From a virus, in IMG/VR virus record IMGVR_UViG_3300035662_000018, positions 5,143 to 69,142 of that record: a stretch of DNA of 64,000 nt. One strand, 5' to 3'. Every line of letters begins with the position of its first letter. Position 1 is the stretch's first letter. Positions 58,505 through 64,000 of this stretch are shown here, in pieces. A program made the translations under genes and the position numbers. The notes under the pieces were generated by a model, which did not search any database, had not been told where the DNA came from, and saw only the letters and a program-made list of their open reading frames with translations.

Positions 58505-58888
58505 CTAGACGTGAACTAGCGCAAGGAAGTCCTGGAATGACATCTCTGGTGGGAGAGCCATTGTTCGGATTGTCGTTGAGTCTTCTGCATTCACAACCAC
58601 GACTACTTGGTCGTCCCAGATTACTACTGGCACGTCGTTGTAGTCAGGCTTGCTGAAAGAATTCTCGCCGGCGCTAATGCCGAACCCAGTTTCTTCTGTC
58701 CAGTAGTTCCCAATGATTTGTGAGATGGCAATGCGTGTTGCGTAGTCTGGATCGTTCCAGCGTGGCTGTGATGCAACGAGTGCTCGCTGCAAGTCACGAT
58801 ACCTGTCTGAACCGCCCCAGTGCGAGTACAAGAACACAGGGACTGATTCCCTGTTGGCCTTGAACCCGATTACTGCTCTGTCGCCCAT
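58505..58888 (-). CDS. Hypothetical phage protein
   Basis: MGDRA...LYSHWGG...RWNDPDYATRI, with array promoter and RBS. Confidence 0.7.
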   Translation of the reverse strand: MGDRAVIGFKANRESVPVFLYSHWGGSDRYRDLQRALVASQPRWNDPDYATRIAISQIIGNYWTEETGFGISAGENSFSKPDYNDVPVVIWDDQVVVVVNAEDSTTIRTMALPPEMSFQDFLALVHV

Positions 58889-58941
58889 GTCGTTATGTCC
58901 TTTCGGTAGGTTGTTTACTTGATGGTGTTATCTTACATTCC

Positions 58942-59562
58942 TTAGATTTGAACCAGCCTCATTGCTTCTTCACGTGCGTCTTGCTGAAGCTCGTGAGCTT
59001 TCTCGTAACAGTCTGTGTCATCGCTGTCAAAGTCAATCTCATCGTAGCCTTCAATGTCAGATATATCACCGCCGGCTTCAGCTGCAACCTCGCCATTGAA
59101 AAAGCTCGTTGCGCCGTAGAAGCCCATGCCCTCTTCAGAGAAGCTAAGAACAAAGGTCAGCTCTGGGAATATTGCTGAGATGCGTCGGAACGCTTCTTCA
59201 GGTGGACCCCACGGAGACTGGAATGTGTATGACACTGTGGTGCCATCGTTGTAGATGTCGCCACCGTCGGTATCGCTGTCTGACCACTTGGTTCCCCAGT
59301 TGGCAATGTTCCAGTCGTACCAGTCCTTGTGACCATACTTGTCAATGTTTGACTGCTGCTTCGCAGCAAGCTCCAAAGCTTCTGGTGAGTTCTTGTCTGT
59401 GAAACCGCCAGCCATTGTCACTGTCAAATCCTCTGGAGTTGGCAGGTAGCTTTCAATGAGCAGCAGGTCTTGTGAGTCGTCTTTCTTGACGCCGGCGACA
59501 AAGCGGCTAATCGCTTCTTTGTCACCAGTGATTGTGAGTTCGTTTGAGCACCAATTAGGCAT
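58942..59562 (-). CDS. YubB/DUF1281-like ferredoxin-fold protein
   Basis: MPNWCSN.L...WYDWNIANWGTKW...F.SPW.PP......FPEL.F...F.EEG..F.G. Confidence 0.75.
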   Translation of the reverse strand: MPNWCSNELTITGDKEAISRFVAGVKKDDSQDLLLIESYLPTPEDLTVTMAGGFTDKNSPEALELAAKQQSNIDKYGHKDWYDWNIANWGTKWSDSDTDGGDIYNDGTTVSYTFQSPWGPPEEAFRRISAIFPELTFVLSFSEEGMGFYGATSFFNGEVAAEAGGDISDIEGYDEIDFDSDDTDCYEKAHELQQDAREEAMRLVQI

Positions 59563-60168
59563 TGCTCTCCGCCTTTACTACTGGGCTCAAGCCACGGACG
59601 ATCCTGCCAAGCAGAGCGTCAGGTGTCTCGCCTTCGCTTGCGTAGACGAAGATGTGCTGGTTGTGTCCCAAGCACTCAATGTCAACAACTGCGTACAAGT
59701 TGCCGCCTTTGACATTGTTCAGTTGAACTGAGACCTTAGGCGAGTCGCCTTCGGCCAGGTGGATGTTTGTTCGTGATGATGCGTATTCACGCATGTCGTA
59801 TGTCCTTTCGGGTAGGTGTTGTTGAGCCTATATTACATTCCGTAGATTTCTACAGATCCACGCTCCACTCTTGTGGGTACAGGAGTGGTGCGGCGCAATC
59901 TAGACAGATTGTCCACGGGTCCAGCGCCGATATCTCAACGGATACGACGATGCACGGAATGATTGTATCTTCCGCAGAAATGATCCCGAGGATCATTCCA
60001 CAGTTAGCGCACTCATCGGCATCAATTACAAAGTCGTAGATTTCTTCTTCGGCGAGCTCGAGCATGTCTTCGACTGATTCAATGACGAACACGGAGATGT
60101 CGTGGTTCATATGAACACGCTATCATCTCGCGTGCCCGTCATCGGAATCCGACGCTTAGCTAACCGCC

Positions 60169-60696
60169 CTACTTAGCGATTGCTCTGATGCGTGAAAGCT
60201 TTGTCTCAAGACGTGCAATGCGATCCTCGAGATGCTTCGTGCGATCAGCGATAAGAATGTTGATCAAGTCATTTGCACTTGGCGCTGATTTCTTCTTGGC
60301 TTGAGCTTTCTTTTTTGACTTGTTGCGTGCGCCACTTGACGAGTTCGCAACTGTAATCTTGAAAGGAACCTTTGGAAGCGACGTGCGAGTTGCACGTGTA
60401 CCTGCTGTGTAGAACAGCAGTGCGTCTGCGCCACGGCTTCTGCCACGAAGTTCACGCTCTGCTTTTGTCTCAGTTCGTGAGAGCAGCTGCTTTGATTCAA
60501 CAAAGGCATCGAGAACCATTCGGAGGTACTCACGTGAAAGTGTCTTGCCACGAAGGCCCTTGTATAAGGAGTTGATCTCGTTGATCGTCAGTGGCATCGA
60601 TGCATCTGCAATGATCCCATAAACGACATCACGAGTCATTTGACCCTTTTTGAGGGCGCCTTCTCTGGCACGTTTTGATATGGATAGGTTGACCAT
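60169..60696 (-). CDS. Basic putative DNA-binding protein
   Basis: Winged-helix-like PLTINEI...LSREYLRMVL, a K-rich linker and a C-terminal coiled coil. Confidence 0.55.
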   Translation of the reverse strand: MVNLSISKRAREGALKKGQMTRDVVYGIIADASMPLTINEINSLYKGLRGKTLSREYLRMVLDAFVESKQLLSRTETKAERELRGRSRGADALLFYTAGTRATRTSLPKVPFKITVANSSSGARNKSKKKAQAKKKSAPSANDLINILIADRTKHLEDRIARLETKLSRIRAIAK

Positions 60697-60773
60697 GTAA
60701 TTTGTCCTTACTGTCGTTGGTACTACCAATATATCACGGGAGTGTGACATATTCGTGATTGATTGTAACTTCC

Positions 60774-61520
60774 TTAGATTTTGAACATCTGAGTTTCAAG
60801 CGCGAGGCGCGTCAGTGTTGACTGCGTCGGAACACCATTCGCGTCGGACCCAACAACTCCGATCAGTCTTTGGAACCGCGCGTAAGCGCGCTGCGTTTTT
60901 ACGTCAAACTTTCCGCGCTCGTAGTCTCTTAAGCCAACCGCGACGACCAGTGCCCGTTGCAATATTTCCACGCTGGCATGCCGCTTGCCGGGTAACAGCT
61001 GAGATGTCAACAGCTCAGGCTTGCCCGTCAATATATTTGAGTCCTTGGCAGGCCGCTGTTTGAAATCAGGACGACAAAATCCAAGAACTTCATATTTCCA
61101 GCGCGTGCGTTCAAAGATCCCGTCATTAACATCCGGCGCCTTAGGCAGGCCTGAAGAAATGTTTGCTTCGATTGCGGTGAACGTCTCGCTGATCTTCCAT
61201 CCGTCAATGTTCGTGACGATGCCAACGTGCGGCATGCCGAACGCGCCGTCAAGAGAAAACGAGTAAAAGACAATGTCACCGGGTTGCGGACGTTCGCGCC
61301 ATCTTCTTTGATAAATGAATTCGGCAAGCCCGTTCGGACTGTACACGCAGGCAGGTATTTTTACGCCGGCGTCATAAGCGACGCAGTCTATAAATGAACC
61401 AGACCATGGCGCGCCCGTTGACGTATATCCCGTCCTCGCCGCAAAGTCATTTCTACCGCCAGGGGATGCGCGGTAGCCAAGATAACTTTTTGCGAGCTCA
61501 AGAAATCTGTCAGCGGTCAT
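60774..61520 (-). CDS. CHAP-like cell-wall hydrolase with peptidoglycan-binding domain
   Basis: A.SYLGY...PWSGSF...PQPGDIVF...HVGIV...IEAN, then V..LQRAL...G.FD..T..AY..FQ. Confidence 0.75.
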   Translation of the reverse strand: MTADRFLELAKSYLGYRASPGGRNDFAARTGYTSTGAPWSGSFIDCVAYDAGVKIPACVYSPNGLAEFIYQRRWRERPQPGDIVFYSFSLDGAFGMPHVGIVTNIDGWKISETFTAIEANISSGLPKAPDVNDGIFERTRWKYEVLGFCRPDFKQRPAKDSNILTGKPELLTSQLLPGKRHASVEILQRALVVAVGLRDYERGKFDVKTQRAYARFQRLIGVVGSDANGVPTQSTLTRLALETQMFKI

Positions 61521-61933
61521 TCGATGATTGTACCATCAGGCGCGACAACTTCGGTCCATCCGCCGTGCCCGTCTCCATAAACGAGACAGCCGTGCCCGTC
61601 ACTATCCCAGGAGAATTCGCAGCATGACTTGCCACCCGTCGCTTCTTTCTCGTCAATTGACATCGAGTGCATGCCACCCGTCTTGCCAAAGATTCCAGGA
61701 AGAATGCGAGCGATCTTCAAGCAACATTCATGGCAGAGCGCGACGTTATGCAAAAGTGACCCGTCATCGAGCGCCAGGTCCGTAAACATGCCGTACCCAC
61801 CTGAAAAATCGAGGCACCAGCCGTTTTCTACCTGAAGCCAGCCCGTCTGGGTCTGGTCTTCGCCAGGCGTGCCCGTCCCAATTACCTGGACGTCCGCGCC
61901 GCAATTGTCGCAGTCGGCCGTCACTAAATTCAT
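61517..61933 (-). CDS. Leaderless Cys-rich hypothetical protein
   Basis: ATG 6 nt after TATACT of the array element at 61940-61957. CDNC and LCHECC motifs. Confidence 0.65.
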   Translation of the reverse strand: MNLVTADCDNCGADVQVIGTGTPGEDQTQTGWLQVENGWCLDFSGGYGMFTDLALDDGSLLHNVALCHECCLKIARILPGIFGKTGGMHSMSIDEKEATGGKSCCEFSWDSDGHGCLVYGDGHGGWTEVVAPDGTIIE

Positions 61934-62126
61934 AATTTCAGTATACTTTCCCTAGTTTTGGGGCTATTGACTGATATATGAGGCCGAAAGCCCTTGAAAT
62001 AAGGCTCTCGCGGCATTTGCCCGTGCGGTGACCCGAATATGCTCTTCTCGAGTCTTTGCCTTCTCGATGTCGTCAACGAGGTCCAAATACAGTTTTTCCG
62101 CTAGATCTAGGGTTTCTTGTGACATT

Positions 62127-63041
62127 TTAGGTTTCCTCGACGATTTCTGCGTCTTCAATGTCACTCTCGGCGTCTTTTGGTATTTCCAGACCAGCTTCGG
62201 CCATTTTCGCCGCAACTTGAATTGCGCCGGCCGCTAGACGTTGTAGACGTTCAGCAACTACCTGAGCTGGTTGACGCCCGTCAGTAACTTCAAGGCGCGC
62301 ATCGAACTCTATACCACCACGAACTCCCGCGCGGTCCAGGATTTCAGTCGAAGCTTTAAGCTTCACTGGTTCAGATTGCGCGTTCTGCATAAGATCTTCT
62401 AAGACGTCCACCGCGTAAGGCGCAGCCTGCGTCAGCTTTGCCCGGGCGCGCTCGACATCTTCTCCAGGACGACGCTGAACAGACCCAAGGTGGATGCGAC
62501 AGTACCCGTCATCTGCCGGGCGTCCTGAAGACCAAAGCATGCAGCGGATCCCGTCATCCTTGACGTGCTTGCATCGAGTTGGGAGGGCAGCTGGTTTACG
62601 TCGAGGTGAGCTCGGTCCACCTGCCTCTTGCTCTTTTATCCAGGCGCGTGTCGCGCCAACTACCCAAGGAGGCACAAGGTAGTCGGACGCGCTCTCCGCG
62701 AGTAGATCTAGACCCGTTATATAATCAGAGTTGATACGGTCTGGATCTACAAGAATTGGTTTCTTTTCTGTGAGGGACATGACCCGGCGCGCTTTTGCCA
62801 TCTCGGCAGAACGCGCCTGGATCAATCCCGTTGGAACTCCATTCGAGGCGTACACAGGATCCCATCCCATCTTGTGTGCCCGAAGGAGTCCTCGGTTTTC
62901 AAAGGTATCTTGGCAGACCCCGCGCTCGACTTCTTCAATGCCGATGTCGCCTAGCTTGGGGCGTATGTTGATTGGAGAGTCTACTTCAAACTCGGCTCTC
63001 TCCGGACCGGGTTCATCTCCAAATACAAGTTCTTCTGACAT
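62127..63041 (-). CDS. Possible terminase small subunit-like protein
   Basis: C..DGIRC....GYCRIHLG zinc motif followed by AP.AVDVL...SEPVKLKAS.EILDRAG, as seen in actinophage TerS-like proteins. Confidence 0.45.
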   Translation of the reverse strand: MSEELVFGDEPGPERAEFEVDSPINIRPKLGDIGIEEVERGVCQDTFENRGLLRAHKMGWDPVYASNGVPTGLIQARSAEMAKARRVMSLTEKKPILVDPDRINSDYITGLDLLAESASDYLVPPWVVGATRAWIKEQEAGGPSSPRRKPAALPTRCKHVKDDGIRCMLWSSGRPADDGYCRIHLGSVQRRPGEDVERARAKLTQAAPYAVDVLEDLMQNAQSEPVKLKASTEILDRAGVRGGIEFDARLEVTDGRQPAQVVAERLQRLAAGAIQVAAKMAEAGLEIPKDAESDIEDAEIVEET

Positions 63042-63113
63042 GTTTTCCTTTAATAGTGTTGGACCCCGCCTGTGGGGAGAGGGCGAACCAGGCGAGGCCC
63101 AACTCGTTGTAGC

Positions 63114-63338
63114 CTACTTACCGCCGAAGATCCTCTTCAATAGAGACTTCTTCTTGGCAGGTGCGGACGTCTTCGGTGCCGGTGCTGGATCTGCAAAGGT
63201 TCCCTTTGCGATCTCTTCTGGGCGGACGTTTGCTGGAGCTACTTTCTTCGGTGCTGCAGCCTTCTTGGCTGGCGCGGCTTTCTTTTTGGCCGGCGCTGCC
63301 TTCTTGGCTGCTGCTTTCTTTGCTACTGGTTTGTTCAT
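63114..63338 (-). CDS. Histone H1-like K/A/P-rich protein
   Basis: KKAAAKKAAPAKKKAAPAKKAAAPKK repeats, with GGAG RBS before MNKP. Confidence 0.7.
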   Translation of the reverse strand: MNKPVAKKAAAKKAAPAKKKAAPAKKAAAPKKVAPANVRPEEIAKGTFADPAPAPKTSAPAKKKSLLKRIFGGK

Positions 63339-63366
63339 TGTTCTGTTCTCTCCCTGTTTGGATTGG

Positions 63367-63564
63367 TTACTTGGAAGTTCCGCGACCAAAGGCTGAATCA
63401 TTCTTGTTGACCCAACGCAGGAGGACTGGAACTACCGCTGCTACTCCGGCCGACAGGATTGCCTGTGGGTCGGTATTGCCGCTCAGGTAGACGGCCAGGC
63501 AGGCGCCGATAAAGGAGCGAGCGTAGGACGAGGCCATTGCGGTCATTTGTGGTGTTAGTTTCAT
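63367..63564 (-). CDS. Putative holin
   Basis: Two short TM helices. SYARSF...AAVVPVLLRW.N.ND.AFG. Confidence 0.6.
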   Translation of the reverse strand: MKLTPQMTAMASSYARSFIGACLAVYLSGNTDPQAILSAGVAAVVPVLLRWVNKNDSAFGRGTSK

Positions 63565-63888
63565 GGATTTCTCCGTTTCTGGAGCCCGGTTGGGTCCAGT
63601 GAAGATCATAGATCATAGCGGGACAAGTGATTTCCCGTGAGTTTTTCATAAGAGTAGGGACTGATGGCAGGACTCTTTTAGAAACAACGGTTCTCGGGCA
63701 CAAAACGGCCCGTCAAAAAATGCTTCGAGAAACTGTCTTTTTTGCCCAAAAGTAGTGCAAAATGGAAATTTGGTATTCCGCTTTCAAAAAAGTCAAAAAC
63801 TTGAAGGTTCCAGCCCAGCCACCTACTACAACAAGGAAGCCGAGAGAAAGGGATAAGCTCGGCCTACCAAAACTGGGCTGGAACCCAG

Positions 63889-63960
63889 AGCCTAGAGTCA
63901 GGATTGAACTGACGACCTACCGCTTACAAGGCGGTTGCTCTACCACTGAGCTATCCAGGC
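63889..63960 (-). tRNA. tRNA-Thr(UGU)
   Basis: GCCTGGA acceptor arm, TAGCTCAGTGGTAGAGC D-arm, ACCGC-cttgtaa-GCGGT anticodon arm, GTCAG-TTCAATC-CTGAC T-arm. CCA not encoded. Confidence 0.95.
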
Positions 63961-64000
63961 GTGTACGCTTATTTTACCTCAAAGATTGTTTCTTTATGAT

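Larger units (their letters stand above)
35551..61957 (-). repeat. Dispersed 18-bp promoter-like element heading ~70 small transcription units
   Basis: Coding-strand consensus WWCTNNGGANNGTANNNT, often followed by GATCTC and an ACGACGAAAGGAC leader. Examples: 36041-36058, 40512-40529, 43003-43020, 45034-45051, 46264-46281, 48871-48888, 52047-52064, 58420-58437, 61940-61957. Two copies on + strand at 42101-42118 and 42479-42496. Confidence 0.9.

Noticed and set aside
35551-61957. Classical integron cassette array
   Set aside because: The element is not an attC-type imperfect palindrome with RYYYAAC/GTTRRRY ends, it contains a -10 box, and no integrase is visible in the window.

Overview
64 kb fragment of a large tailed dsDNA phage, most likely infecting an actinobacterium (WhiB gene, TANNNT -10 boxes, leaderless ORFs, GAAAGGA ribosome-binding sites, actinophage-type portal/capsid/tail genes). 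Almost all genes are on the minus strand. 1-35.3 kb is the virion morphogenesis module. Reading right to left it holds the terminase large subunit, portal, a Dps-fusion protein, a 6091-aa multi-enzyme protein (WYL-like x4, KTSC, ADP-ribosyltransferase-like x2, kinase-like, DEDDh exonuclease, UvrD-type helicase, NUDIX x2), a 1686-aa maturation-protease polyprotein, two capsid proteins and a tail tube gene. 35.5-62 kb is a dense array of roughly 70 (manual count) small transcription units. Each begins with the same 18-bp element (coding strand WWCTNNGGANNGTANNNT), which abuts or overlaps the stop codon of the previous gene. The units carry short leadered or leaderless ORFs, several of them in paralogous sets, and at least six carry no ORF but a structured RNA, including two diverged copies of a ~220-nt RNA with covarying stems. 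The window ends with lysis-type genes, a histone-like protein and tRNA-Thr(UGU). All calls come from reading motifs by eye; no database search was run.
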